Source of the DNA: a virus
UHGV virus genome: UHGV-0387984
DNA length: 37,766 nucleotides
Strand: one strand, 5' to 3'
The translations under genes were made by a program, and so were the position numbers. A model generated the notes under the pieces. The model ran no database searches. It was not told the DNA's origin and saw only the letters and a program-made list of their open reading frames with translations. Of the stretch, positions 1-9,453 are shown piece by piece (positions within the stretch are counted from its first letter, which is position 1; every line of letters begins with the position of its first letter).

Positions 1-419
1 GTCTGCCTTGCCTTTTCTGCCCTGTCTGCGGCGGTATTAACTGCTTCGATAGCTTGGCCAAACAATTCTTTATCTTCCGGCCTATCGTAGGCTTCCGGCT
101 TTGCCCGCTTGGTGACGAGCATGTCAATCTGGTACTCCGTGTTGCCGGACGCTGAATCTCTGAGATAGATATAGGCTACAAGGTTTTTCCCAGTCTCGAT
201 TAGTGAGTCTGGTATAACAACATCCGTCACGCCGTCCTTTGTTGTTCCAATTCTCGCAATGGATTCACTCGCTCCTGCAACCGCAAAATCCACCTCCACT
301 GCAGTTGGTAAATCAAGTCCTTGAATTCTCAATATCTGTCCGTAATCATATTGCCAAACGTCACTCACTTTGGTGTGGGTGGAATCTTTAAAAATTGCTG
401 TTACTATTTTATTTTCCAA
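1..419 (-). CDS. BppU-like upper baseplate/fibre protein, N-terminal part. The gene runs off the window start and continues in-frame at the window end (37202..37766).
   Basis: TTG start at 419 sits 7 nt after an AAAGGAGG ribosome binding site. The frame stays open to position 1, reading ...ENKIVTAIFKDSTHTKVSDVWQYDYGQILRIQGLDLPTAVEVDF...RAEKARQ. The gene lies immediately downstream of Tal, as BppU does in TP901-1-type baseplates. The family call is weak and rests on position and motif. Confidence 0.55.
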   Translation of the reverse strand, partial: MENKIVTAIFKDSTHTKVSDVWQYDYGQILRIQGLDLPTAVEVDFAVAGASESIARIGTTKDGVTDVVIPDSLIETGKNLVAYIYLRDSASGNTEYQIDMLVTKRAKPEAYDRPEDKELFGQAIEAVNTAADRAEKARQ

Positions 420-445
420 TGTATGCCTCCTTTGCTCAATTCAGC

Positions 446-3301
446 TTAGTTTTCCGTTATCCAAGTTGTTGTTAGCATCCTTTCTAGGTACGACTCATTC
501 TCCACATCTATAGCTATTGCGCCGTTTTCTTTTATTATGTACCTGCCTGTTCCGAATATTTGTCCGTTGGAAACCTCGCTGATTGGTGCCAACACTTCTA
601 TTGCCGGTCTGTATCCGTCAGGGATTCTTACCTCTTGTATTTCTTCAATTCTTCCTTTCCACGGGAACTGTGCTTTCATAATAATCGTGCACGTTACAAC
701 AAAAGCAGTTCTTATAAGCTTTATTCTGATGGAATTTGATGGATTTATTTCCGGGAATGGTCCCTGCTTTGTGCCAGAATCATATTTGCTGTACGAAGAC
801 AAACCAATTAATGGGTTGTTTCCGTTTTGTGCATATATATCTCCGTCTGATAACACAAGCTTCGAACGTCCTCCGGTATTTTGGTTTATATATGCTAGAC
901 CTTGCATGGAAAAAGTCATATTTGCAGGATTGCCTCCCGAGTCCCTACCGGAAAATGTAAGGGATGCGGTATTCAGATCCATCGTGCTGTCGACAACTCC
1001 ATTATCAATCAATTTGCTTACGATTTTCCCTGCGTCAATATCTATGAGCATGATCCCGTTTTTGCTTTTTATCTTACCTGCTGTTAATTCGCCGGCATTC
1101 ACTGTGATCGCACTTAATGTTTGCACGTCCAGATTCTCGACCGATACGTAATGCAGCACCCAACGACTTCCATCCCATCTTTTAATTGGTTCTCCACTTG
1201 CTGTCTGCCAGAGCTGTCCTACTTTTGGATTTTCCGGGGGTGTGGGAGACACGATGATGCCGGATGTTCCGTCACTTCCGTTTTGCCCGTGTACTCCGAT
1301 GATAATAGGGGTTGTCTTGGTCGAGGTTCCATTTGTGTAGGCATAAACTTCGTAGCTCCACAAATATTTTTTTACGTCCGTCATGTCCTGCTTCGTAGTG
1401 CTCCACCCAGAAGAGGATATTGTGATTCCGGTACTCTTTTCGGATGCGAGGTAGTACTTTGTAATAGATTCGATTCCAACACCGTCCTGACCATCATCCC
1501 CTTTATACTTCGACCACTGATAATCTGTGGGATTGCTACTTTCTGTCGGAGTCTCCTTGTTGTAGGCAAATCCGATGTAATATTTTCCGTTCGGGCTGTC
1601 AGACATCCCGTTTCCGCTGGCATCATCCGCATATCTCACCCACGTATAGTAAGTTTTTCCGTCATCTCCGGGCTTTCCTGGTACTCCCTCTCCGGTGATC
1701 CTTGCCCACTGATAATCTTCCGGATTATTGGACATTACTGGAGTCACCTTATTGTAGGCAATTCCTAAGTATTCCTTTCCATCTGGACTAGTGGACATCC
1801 CGTTTCCATACTTGTCATCAGCAAATTTAAACCATGTGTAATAAGTTGTTCCATCCTGACCATCATCTCCGTCCATTACATCCGTGATTGTGACCTCGTA
1901 ATACCCACGTTTTATCCCATTTTCTAGAGCCTCAAATGAGTACACCGCCTTTGTATCCACGTCAGTAGCATTAACCGTAACACTCTTGCCAACGTAAAAC
2001 TCTGTCCCATCTTTACTCCACCGGATTTCCAGATTGCCCGTGACGTCCACGCCGTTATCGTAAGCGTAGGCAGTCAGCGTGGTATTCCCGATGCCGTTTT
2101 TAAAGATAATTCCATTATTTGTGGCAATGGAGCAGGTGTAGACCTTATTTTTGTTAATTAAGTCTTGCATCCTATCCAACAGATCGCTCGATATCTCGAA
2201 CATCAGCTCTTTGTAGTTTGTAAATACCGTCTTGGCAGTCTTTGGATTTGTAAGGCTTCGTACCTGCTCCGACACCCTCGCCTGCAGATAAAGCACTGGT
2301 GTCCACTCCTGATCCTGCATCCTCACGGTGTCCCCGATGTTGGTGTCAAAATATCCATCCACCTCGTAGGTCACTACTGGTTCGGATGCTGTTTTAAGAT
2401 CAGACAGAGCCATGCTATAGAGCTTGTCCTTGCTGTCTGTATCGTACTCTTTCCGCAGCATGATATAAGCATCGTCCTTGTTTACGATGTTGGACGGGAA
2501 TCGATCTCTTGCCTGCGGTGCCCGGATGAGCGCCCCGTCTGTAAAGTACTCGATATTGCCGTTTTCATCGTATTCTTTTTTGTCCAGTCCGTTGATCGTC
2601 AGCCCGTCTTTCCCGGTCGGCTGGATACAGGTGTAAAGCTTCTCGGCATCTGTGGTTTTACGGATTCCGGTAATTCCTTTCCCGTACCGCAGTACAATGT
2701 CATTCCGGTATTCCCCGATTCCGCTGTCTGTTCCGGAGTGTTCCCGGTATACATTCAGGACGATCTCTTTTAAGGAGTAGTCGCTGTTTAAGACCGTCTC
2801 AAACTCGATCTCCGCAGAAAATACATTGGCCAGAGAGAATAATCTCTTTAACACGGTTGTCGTACCGGTCCATTCGTTGGTGATCCGTTTGTCAGACACC
2901 TCATTAAGCCCTAATTTTAGCGTTCTCTCTGCGTCAAACACGGCAAGGTACTCTTCAAAGCTCATTGCTTTTCCAGCTTTGTATTCCCCTGCATCCTCGT
3001 TGATTAGCTCAAAAGATAACGACCATGCCGTAGCCGTGATTGTCTGTTCTGTTTGCTCAGTGTTTACGATGTTTAGATAGTAGGATTTCCCTTTGTGTAT
3101 AAACGCCACCTTATTCCCGGCGGTAACATTCTCTGCATCCTGATGATTTGCGGACACCGTAAAGGTGTAAGTATTGGCAGTCCCCTGTAAGTACTCATGT
3201 AGCTCGTCATCCCAGTAGTGCATGGACTTCTTGTGCCGATTGTCCATAAACGCTACTGGTGTGTTATTCGCGCTTAAAATCGCGATCCTGATGTTATCCA
3301 C
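446..3301 (-). CDS. Tail-associated tip protein (Tal; prophage tail endopeptidase-type N-terminal domain) with C-terminal Gly-X-Y/YTWxKYADD tandem repeats and a distal receptor-binding-like domain
   Basis: 951-aa ORF with GTG start and a GGGAGGTG ribosome binding site. It overlaps the Dit stop codon. The N-terminal ~380 aa look like siphovirus Tal. Two ~60-aa repeats of the form DDGxxYYTWxxYADDxxGNGMSxSPxGKxYxGxAYNKxTPxxSxNPxDYQW follow. Confidence 0.8.
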   Translation of the reverse strand: MDNIRIAILSANNTPVAFMDNRHKKSMHYWDDELHEYLQGTANTYTFTVSANHQDAENVTAGNKVAFIHKGKSYYLNIVNTEQTEQTITATAWSLSFELINEDAGEYKAGKAMSFEEYLAVFDAERTLKLGLNEVSDKRITNEWTGTTTVLKRLFSLANVFSAEIEFETVLNSDYSLKEIVLNVYREHSGTDSGIGEYRNDIVLRYGKGITGIRKTTDAEKLYTCIQPTGKDGLTINGLDKKEYDENGNIEYFTDGALIRAPQARDRFPSNIVNKDDAYIMLRKEYDTDSKDKLYSMALSDLKTASEPVVTYEVDGYFDTNIGDTVRMQDQEWTPVLYLQARVSEQVRSLTNPKTAKTVFTNYKELMFEISSDLLDRMQDLINKNKVYTCSIATNNGIIFKNGIGNTTLTAYAYDNGVDVTGNLEIRWSKDGTEFYVGKSVTVNATDVDTKAVYSFEALENGIKRGYYEVTITDVMDGDDGQDGTTYYTWFKFADDKYGNGMSTSPDGKEYLGIAYNKVTPVMSNNPEDYQWARITGEGVPGKPGDDGKTYYTWVRYADDASGNGMSDSPNGKYYIGFAYNKETPTESSNPTDYQWSKYKGDDGQDGVGIESITKYYLASEKSTGITISSSGWSTTKQDMTDVKKYLWSYEVYAYTNGTSTKTTPIIIGVHGQNGSDGTSGIIVSPTPPENPKVGQLWQTASGEPIKRWDGSRWVLHYVSVENLDVQTLSAITVNAGELTAGKIKSKNGIMLIDIDAGKIVSKLIDNGVVDSTMDLNTASLTFSGRDSGGNPANMTFSMQGLAYINQNTGGRSKLVLSDGDIYAQNGNNPLIGLSSYSKYDSGTKQGPFPEINPSNSIRIKLIRTAFVVTCTIIMKAQFPWKGRIEEIQEVRIPDGYRPAIEVLAPISEVSNGQIFGTGRYIIKENGAIAIDVENESYLERMLTTTWITEN

Positions 3302-4770
3302 TATAAATACACCTCCCGTATTTTCGCTTTAATCTGTGGCGGTGGAGAAGAAAAGGAAGAATAGCAGAACTGCACTTCTGTTGTTCCGGGTGGCACTTTA
3401 AAATAGTCCGTCCCCGTAATCTCATCTCCCTTAGCCACCATACCATTAACGTAGACCTTCGTGCTCTCCCCGTCTATAGACACCACATCTCCGGCACGAT
3501 ATCGGTTCGGCACATCCTGATACTTATCGACATTGTCTTTCCGAAATCGGATGCTTTTTAAATAATTGTGCGTAACGTACTGGTTCGAAAGATTCCGATC
3601 TCCCCACTGTCCGATCCAGACCTGTATCTTCTCACATTCCATGTCCTTGATCTCCGGTATATTTCGCTCCATGTAAGTCCCATACCAAAAAATCCGCAGC
3701 TTTTCGCCCTCTTTTAGAAAGTCGTTGTGGCATCCCATTTTAAGATTAAACGGATTGCCCTCGTAGGCTGTCGGCTGGAACTCTTCTCGTCTGATTAAGG
3801 TGTTTCCGGGAGCAAACCACTCGACACGAGCCGTGTTTCCGACAGAATCACTCTTGTTAATAGACATGGCGCAGATTACTTTATTATCGCCTGTCAGAAA
3901 CGCAATGGTCTGCGCTCCTGTCTGCCCCATCAAGCCTGTCTCGAACCAGTGCTGCGTGTAGCAGTAAAAGTTTTTTGCGCCACGTCTGCCCTCGCTGTCC
4001 ACCGGGATAGTAAGTGTTTTCATTCCACCGTTCCAGTATCCAGATGTGGCTTGCCCTCCCTTAAGCGCCATCACGTTGTATCCGGCAACATTCCGTACTT
4101 CCAGCGTTCCCTGCGTGGTATTCTCCGGGTTCTGATGGGACGTTCCGTGATCGTCTTGAAACAGGTTGTATCCATCAAACAGGTTTTCAGACGCTTTGTA
4201 ATTCTCTCCGTCTGCTTCTTCCTCTTTCCCTAGCTGGATCACTCCGTACCGGCTCACAAGTCCGATAAATCCGTTTTCATGATTGTGTGTGATCTCGTAG
4301 TCCACATCTGCCCATTCGGTGCCGTTGTTTTGGATGGTAATTGTCTGGTAGCCGCTCTGTTGGACGCCAGTGAATTGTTTTTCTGCGGTAGAGTATGCTA
4401 CTCCGTCCGGGATTAGCCATGTGATTGTGCCTTTTCCAAACATTGCAACCTGTGTTATATCAAAATTACCGTCAGGGACAGCATAAAAATAGCGATCCGG
4501 ATAATTCCCAAACACAAGCCTTTTCGGCTCTGTGACGTTTAGGATTTTCTGAATCGCGTCATAGCTTGCTAAGATGTCTCCTTTAATTTCAAATGGCATT
4601 TCAAGCGTCTTTGATTTATATGTTGTATAGCCAAAATCCTCTCCTTTTGCACTTTCTGCTCCGTCAAGGAGTCCCGACTCTCTATTTGCTCCACTAAACG
4701 GAGAGAACCCGGACAATACACTTAAGTATCGCCCGAGTTCCTGATCGTCAAATTTTACTGATAGGCTCAA
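3301..4770 (-). CDS. Distal tail protein (Dit), long evolved form with internal insertion
   Basis: 489-aa ORF with TTG start and an AGGAGGGG ribosome binding site, overlapping the tape-measure stop codon. Its position between tape measure and Tal, and an N-terminus reading MSLSVKFDDQELGRYLSVLSGFSP, fit a siphovirus Dit. Confidence 0.75.
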   Translation of the reverse strand: MSLSVKFDDQELGRYLSVLSGFSPFSGANRESGLLDGAESAKGEDFGYTTYKSKTLEMPFEIKGDILASYDAIQKILNVTEPKRLVFGNYPDRYFYAVPDGNFDITQVAMFGKGTITWLIPDGVAYSTAEKQFTGVQQSGYQTITIQNNGTEWADVDYEITHNHENGFIGLVSRYGVIQLGKEEEADGENYKASENLFDGYNLFQDDHGTSHQNPENTTQGTLEVRNVAGYNVMALKGGQATSGYWNGGMKTLTIPVDSEGRRGAKNFYCYTQHWFETGLMGQTGAQTIAFLTGDNKVICAMSINKSDSVGNTARVEWFAPGNTLIRREEFQPTAYEGNPFNLKMGCHNDFLKEGEKLRIFWYGTYMERNIPEIKDMECEKIQVWIGQWGDRNLSNQYVTHNYLKSIRFRKDNVDKYQDVPNRYRAGDVVSIDGESTKVYVNGMVAKGDEITGTDYFKVPPGTTEVQFCYSSFSSPPPQIKAKIREVYL

Positions 4771-6623
4771 TTTCTATCCCCTCCTAACATCTTCCGAAAA
4801 CTTGAATTCTTTTCTATTTGTTTTTCCATTGGTGTTGCAAGTACTCTGGATGTCTCCACGGAATCAATTTTATTGATAATTTCAAGCGGTCGGTTTGCGA
4901 GTCTGGATAATCGATCTACCGCGTAGATCAGATCGCTATTATCTGTCGTTCTGACCGCTGATCTGGAAGCGACATATCCACTTGCTGTCGGGCTTACAGA
5001 CGTTGTAACACCAAGAGCAGCTCCCTGTATCCGGGACACCATCTTGTTTGCCTGCTTTTCCATGTCTTTGTATGGGATATTATCCTCGAATCCAACCCCT
5101 ATACCGAGAGCCATGTTTTTCCCGACCTGATCCCTAAATACACGGGATGGGGAATGGATCCCAAGTTTGCTTTTAACCCAATTCAAGGCATCTGTAGCAG
5201 CGCTCACAGCGGCATCTACTAGCTGTCCGGCTGCAGAAGCGACACCGGATGCAATTCCCTTTATGATGTTAACTCCAACACTAAGCCAATCGACACTTAA
5301 AAAAGCGTCTTTGATCGCAGATATAATCTGTGGTATTTTACTCACAAGGCTTGGTATTGCCTTAATCAATCCAACAGCAAGCTCGGCGATAATCTTATTT
5401 CCGGTAGCTATAATTTGCGGTAAGTTACTTGCAATGCTCGCAATAAATCGCGCTATTGCCTGCGCTGCGGCTGATACAATAGACGGAAGGTTGTTTATAA
5501 TTCCATCCACAAGGCGGAGAATCATCTGGACGCCTGATTGCAATACAGATGGAAGAGACGACAGAAGTCCATTCACAAAGTTCGTGATAACCGCCGCTCC
5601 TTGCGTGATTAACTGCGGTAGATTTTGCAAAATACCAAGAACGAGCTGAGTTACGATTTCAAACCCTTTGGTAATCAGTGCTGGAACTCCGGTTGCGATT
5701 CCGAGTAAGAACTGATTAAGCAGCTCCATTCCCGTAGAGATAAGCAACGGAGCATTTTCCATCATTCCGGTAAATAGTCCATTCACGATATTTCCAGCTG
5801 CTTGAATCATACCGGAAACGCCGTTCTCTTCAAATCCCTGTGTCAACTGCTCAATTGCACTAATCGCCGCAGGCAACAAAGACTCTGTCAGTCCATCAGA
5901 TATCGGCTTTACGACCTCGCCCAATAGCTGTTGAGCATTATCTTTTAAAGTGGAGATCAGACCGCTAAACGTCTGGCTTTGCTTTTCCATGCTTTGGAAA
6001 TACTTACCACCCTCAGACGTTGCCCTCTGCATGGATGCGGTAATCTCATCCACAGAGATTGTCCCTTTACTGATCCTATCATACAAGGATGCCATCGACT
6101 CCCCTGTGCTCTCGGAAATCTCCTGTAATGGGTTAAATCCGGCTTCGATCATCTGTTTAACATCTTCCAGAGACACTTTTCCGGCGGATGACATCTGTCC
6201 GTAAGCAGTGGCAATTCTGGACATCTTTTCCGCTGAGCCTTGTGAAATATCACCAAGCATCATCATTTTGTCCATAGCTTCGTCTGCGCTAAAGCCATAG
6301 TTCATCAATAACTGCGTGGTATCTGCTAAATCCGGAAGCTCAAACGGCGTTTCTGCTCCTACTTTCTTTAATTTGTCGATTACTTCCGCAGCTTTTTCCG
6401 CGGATCCAGTCATAACCTCAAATGATGTCTGGTAAGACTCTATGGATGCATTGTATTTTACTCCGGCTACAACACCAGCTCCAAGCGCAGCCGTCACAGC
6501 TCCAACCGCAGCAACTGCCACTCCTGCACCTTTCTTGGCTATTCCACCAAGTTTAGAAATTCCGGAATTAAATCCAGATTCATTTATTTCCGTATCAAAT
6601 TTTAATGAGCCATCATAACCCAT
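4767..6623 (-). CDS. Tail tape measure protein
   Basis: About 618 aa from the ATG at 6623, which has an AGGAGG ribosome binding site; an alternative GTG start lies at 6650. The protein has an N-terminal TM/Ala-Gly-rich segment, a long helical core and typical TMP motifs. It lies between the chaperone genes and Dit. Confidence 0.85.
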   Translation of the reverse strand: MGYDGSLKFDTEINESGFNSGISKLGGIAKKGAGVAVAAVGAVTAALGAGVVAGVKYNASIESYQTSFEVMTGSAEKAAEVIDKLKKVGAETPFELPDLADTTQLLMNYGFSADEAMDKMMMLGDISQGSAEKMSRIATAYGQMSSAGKVSLEDVKQMIEAGFNPLQEISESTGESMASLYDRISKGTISVDEITASMQRATSEGGKYFQSMEKQSQTFSGLISTLKDNAQQLLGEVVKPISDGLTESLLPAAISAIEQLTQGFEENGVSGMIQAAGNIVNGLFTGMMENAPLLISTGMELLNQFLLGIATGVPALITKGFEIVTQLVLGILQNLPQLITQGAAVITNFVNGLLSSLPSVLQSGVQMILRLVDGIINNLPSIVSAAAQAIARFIASIASNLPQIIATGNKIIAELAVGLIKAIPSLVSKIPQIISAIKDAFLSVDWLSVGVNIIKGIASGVASAAGQLVDAAVSAATDALNWVKSKLGIHSPSRVFRDQVGKNMALGIGVGFEDNIPYKDMEKQANKMVSRIQGAALGVTTSVSPTASGYVASRSAVRTTDNSDLIYAVDRLSRLANRPLEIINKIDSVETSRVLATPMEKQIEKNSSFRKMLGGDRN

Positions 6624-6675
6624 ACTATCCCTCCTATTCTTGGATAGCACAGGCTCATAGGCTCACTTAAGTGCT

Positions 6676-6822
6676 TTATTTCTTAATTTCTATTTCTTTC
6701 TTACAAGTCCGACATTTTACGTAGATACCGTGGCTTTTGGCTGTATTGTCTGCAATAGCAAGTTTGCAGCCGCACACAGGGCATCTAATCCAATCTCGGA
6801 CTAATATTGGTTCTTTTTTCAT
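6676..6822 (-). CDS. 48-aa zinc-ribbon micro-protein (CPVCGC...CRTC)
   Basis: Not in the ORF track because it is under 60 aa. Translation: MKKEPILVRDWIRCPVCGCKLAIADNTAKSHGIYVKCRTCKKEIEIKK. It fills the gap between the gpT-like chaperone gene and the tape measure gene. Confidence 0.45.
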   Translation of the reverse strand: MKKEPILVRDWIRCPVCGCKLAIADNTAKSHGIYVKCRTCKKEIEIKK

Positions 6823-6829
6823 GATCCAC

Positions 6830-7384
6830 CTACATAAAAGCGTCACCGATTTCAAAATCAGTCAATTCTTCCTGTTTTAACTCGATCAGTTTTTTAATTT
6901 TCTGGATTCTCTTTTTCTCTTCCGGGTCTTTAACTTCGCTCAGATCAATTCCTCTGTACATAATTCTTTTCTTGATCTCATTGTCCTCTGATAATCCATC
7001 AAAAAGCATCCGGAATTTCCACCAATGCAGATATTTAATATCAATCAAGTCAATACCGTAATCGCGCAAAAATGCTGATAATATATAGGGATAATCGACG
7101 GAAAAGGAAAAAAGATTCTTCTTCCTCACTGTTCCGGTTTGACTGGCTTCTCCGTCTGAAAAATCAGCACTCATAAAGTCGCATAATGCGTCAATTGCAG
7201 GATGCGATATTTCGACATCGTCGAGAAAATACTCACTCAAAATCAACCGCTTATCCACAGGCTTAACATCTTTATCTTTTAGCATATCCAGAAGAGAGAT
7301 ATAGTCCCGAAAATCGGTTCTGATTCTCACAAGCCTTCCGCTTACCATTACCGATGTCGGGAGGGCTTCATAGAAGAGGTTCAT
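6830..7384 (-). CDS. Tail assembly chaperone, gpT-like partner
   Basis: 184 aa. Its ATG overlaps the stop codon of the upstream gpG-like gene (ATGA) and is in the -1 frame relative to that gene. It lies between the major tail protein and tape measure. Confidence 0.6.
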   Translation of the reverse strand: MNLFYEALPTSVMVSGRLVRIRTDFRDYISLLDMLKDKDVKPVDKRLILSEYFLDDVEISHPAIDALCDFMSADFSDGEASQTGTVRKKNLFSFSVDYPYILSAFLRDYGIDLIDIKYLHWWKFRMLFDGLSEDNEIKKRIMYRGIDLSEVKDPEEKKRIQKIKKLIELKQEELTDFEIGDAFM

Positions 7385-7743
7385 CGGTTCTTCTTCGCCC
7401 CTCTCCTAGCTTTCCTGTTTGGTGTATATTTGTTTACCATACTGTTATATCTGGACTGCTCGCTGTTCCGGAGATCAAACAAAGAATTGGCTGCTTTAAC
7501 TCTCATGTCCATGCTGTTCTTGCCGAGAAACATTTTCCTGCTCGTTCCGTATCCGAATAATCGGTCATAGAAATCATCAAAAACCTTGCATTGCGCCCTC
7601 GTGATCTCGGATACTTTTCCGACTTTCGGTACTTTTTCAGATTCCTCAACCATTTTTTCGTAGCATCCCTCGAATTTCTCCATAAAATCTGCGTCTGTAA
7701 AATCGATGTCTGTTTCAAAATTATTAAATTTCCACTGGCTCAT
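7381..7743 (-). CDS. Tail assembly chaperone, gpG-like
   Basis: 120-aa acidic protein with a basic C-terminal tail, immediately downstream of the major tail protein gene. Confidence 0.6.
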   Translation of the reverse strand: MSQWKFNNFETDIDFTDADFMEKFEGCYEKMVEESEKVPKVGKVSEITRAQCKVFDDFYDRLFGYGTSRKMFLGKNSMDMRVKAANSLFDLRNSEQSRYNSMVNKYTPNRKARRGAKKNR

Positions 7744-7798
7744 TGGCTCACTCTCCTATTCTTTCTCGTATTTTTTACCGCCTTAAAATCGGCGGCAG

Positions 7799-8323
7799 CT
7801 ACTCCCCCATGTAATCTCCCTTGGCGTAAGTAACTGTCTTGGATGTAATATCCACCTCTGTAACATATCCTTCCTCAACATCGGATACAGCTTTCAGCGA
7901 TCCATTGTAAACCAATGCGTCTGTTCCATCTCCGTCCGAATCCGGGATAACTGCGTAAGTTCTCTTTGTTGCATAACACTTGTCACCTTTCGTGTTCTTT
8001 TTGTAAAAATCCACCGTGACCACTTCCACATGTGCATCATCCGCAACTTTCTCACCGTCATGGATTTTTGCAATTCGCTCATGTACAGGATTCCCTGCAT
8101 ACATATCAAAAGAGTACTCTGTAGCTGGAGCATATCCAACTACATCTGATCTCTCGGTGCTTTCATCCACGTACTGGCGTGAGTACTCTTTTGGATTTTT
8201 CCCATTTGTCATACTGGTAAAATTGGTCATTCTCTCGAATTTTGGCGAACTGCCCGTTGCATCCGTGTTCATGAATGCTACTCGCAGGTGTCTGCCTACT
8301 AATTTTGGTACTGTTCCTGCCAT
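7799..8323 (-). CDS. Major tail protein
   Basis: Start refined to the ATG at 8323 (MAGTVPKLVG...), which has a perfect AGGAGG ribosome binding site 8 nt upstream. About 174 aa, and its position fits a siphovirus major tail protein. Confidence 0.7.
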   Translation of the reverse strand: MAGTVPKLVGRHLRVAFMNTDATGSSPKFERMTNFTSMTNGKNPKEYSRQYVDESTERSDVVGYAPATEYSFDMYAGNPVHERIAKIHDGEKVADDAHVEVVTVDFYKKNTKGDKCYATKRTYAVIPDSDGDGTDALVYNGSLKAVSDVEEGYVTEVDITSKTVTYAKGDYMGE

Positions 8324-8325
8324 AC

Positions 8326-8745
8326 TTATACCTCCTGTGTATAAATCAAGCGGCACTCAATACGATACTTTGCGTTTTCACCGTTCATATCGTACAAGTA
8401 ACCGCTGTTTAAAGTTTCGATTGATATCGGGTTCTTCTTTTCTTCGAGTTTCGGGAGGCTGCCGTTAAAGCTCTGCTGTTCCAACCACTCTTCGAAGCTC
8501 TGGAAGAATCCACTGTTTTCAATGTTAATTCGCGCGTCTTGGTCATATTCTTCTTGGCTTGTAAATGCGAATTGGAACTGCTTCTTTGCCCCTCCATCCA
8601 TATATCTCTGAACAATCGGATCGCACGGAAGAGGGTCAACAGAGTATCCCATATCCGTTCCAATGTAGTCCACATTTACACGTCCATCACTTAAAAACGG
8701 ACATGTGAGAATATATGATCTGACGCTGTCAATGAGATTTGACAT
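8326..8745 (-). CDS. Tail terminator / tail-completion protein (positional call)
   Basis: 139-aa ORF immediately upstream of the major tail protein gene in the head-tail joining gene block. Confidence 0.5.
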   Translation of the reverse strand: MSNLIDSVRSYILTCPFLSDGRVNVDYIGTDMGYSVDPLPCDPIVQRYMDGGAKKQFQFAFTSQEEYDQDARINIENSGFFQSFEEWLEQQSFNGSLPKLEEKKNPISIETLNSGYLYDMNGENAKYRIECRLIYTQEV

Positions 8746-9118
8746 ACTTCGCCGCTCCTTTCAGGATAGAGTCTTTGTGACGATTTTTCATGCGCTCAAA
8801 CCATCGTGATTTTTCCTTATGCTCGTAATACTGCCTACGTGCATAAGGCGCAATCTGGTTGATCTCACCACTTCCAATTACGGTGCCAAGGGTTGCAGAT
8901 TTAATTAAAACGCCGGATCTCTTTGGTGTTTCAGGCGCCATTCTTCTTACGCATTCAGAATCAACAAAAGACTGTGCATTTGCAAAACCGGATTCCATAC
9001 TTGGCTTAAAGCTTGGATTCCATTCGAGTTTAGCGGATACTTTTCCACCGCCGGATGCTTGCGTGTATATAGATCCTCTCGAAGTCTCAATCTGGAATTT
9101 TTTCTTTCCTTTTGCCAC
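8729..9118 (-). CDS. Head-tail joining protein (HK97 gp10-like, positional call)
   Basis: 129-aa ORF in the connector block. Overlapping start and stop codons with neighbours indicate translational coupling. Confidence 0.5.
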   Translation of the reverse strand: MAKGKKKFQIETSRGSIYTQASGGGKVSAKLEWNPSFKPSMESGFANAQSFVDSECVRRMAPETPKRSGVLIKSATLGTVIGSGEINQIAPYARRQYYEHKEKSRWFERMKNRHKDSILKGAAKYVKSH

Positions 9119-9453
9119 TACACTCCCACCACCTTAATATGCGGATTGCCGCCAAAAGTATTGTAGTTTGCAGATGTAATTCTAGTCTTGTCCAGTCCGT
9201 CCAAGTCCTTAATCGTCTGCATGTCAACCTCGCAATCACCTTTTACAAGGTAATCGTCTTTCTTAATTTCTATGTTCGTATCCGGGATTCTGACTGTGTA
9301 GATGTCTGCTTGCTTTAATCCATCTGTCGTGATCTGCGACTTTTCGTTTTTGTACCACCATACCTCAGGTATATATATCCGCTCCCATTCATCCAGCCGA
9401 GTAGACGGGTTGTATTTTCGGCTGTACAGTGTAACATCTGTGTTCGTTAACAT
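9118..9453 (-). CDS. Head closure / head-tail adaptor protein (positional call)
   Basis: 111-aa ORF in the connector block. Confidence 0.5.
   Translation of the reverse strand: MLTNTDVTLYSRKYNPSTRLDEWERIYIPEVWWYKNEKSQITTDGLKQADIYTVRIPDTNIEIKKDDYLVKGDCEVDMQTIKDLDGLDKTRITSANYNTFGGNPHIKVVGV

Noticed and set aside
537-1768. Plus-strand ORFs of 60-215 aa (537..1151, 1121..1768 and many others in the track) lying inside long minus-strand structural genes
   Set aside because: They are antisense shadows of well-supported minus-strand genes. They lack ribosome binding sites and have low-complexity Ser/Cys/Leu-rich translations. Only the four plus-strand genes at 28903..33597 have promoters, ribosome binding sites and recognisable products.
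7381-7440. Programmed -1 frameshift joining the gpG-like and gpT-like chaperone ORFs
   Set aside because: The -1 frame is open for only 7 codons upstream of the gpT ATG, and no XXXYYYZ slippery heptamer is visible there. Independent initiation via the ATGA overlap fits the sequence better. A frameshift is still not excluded.
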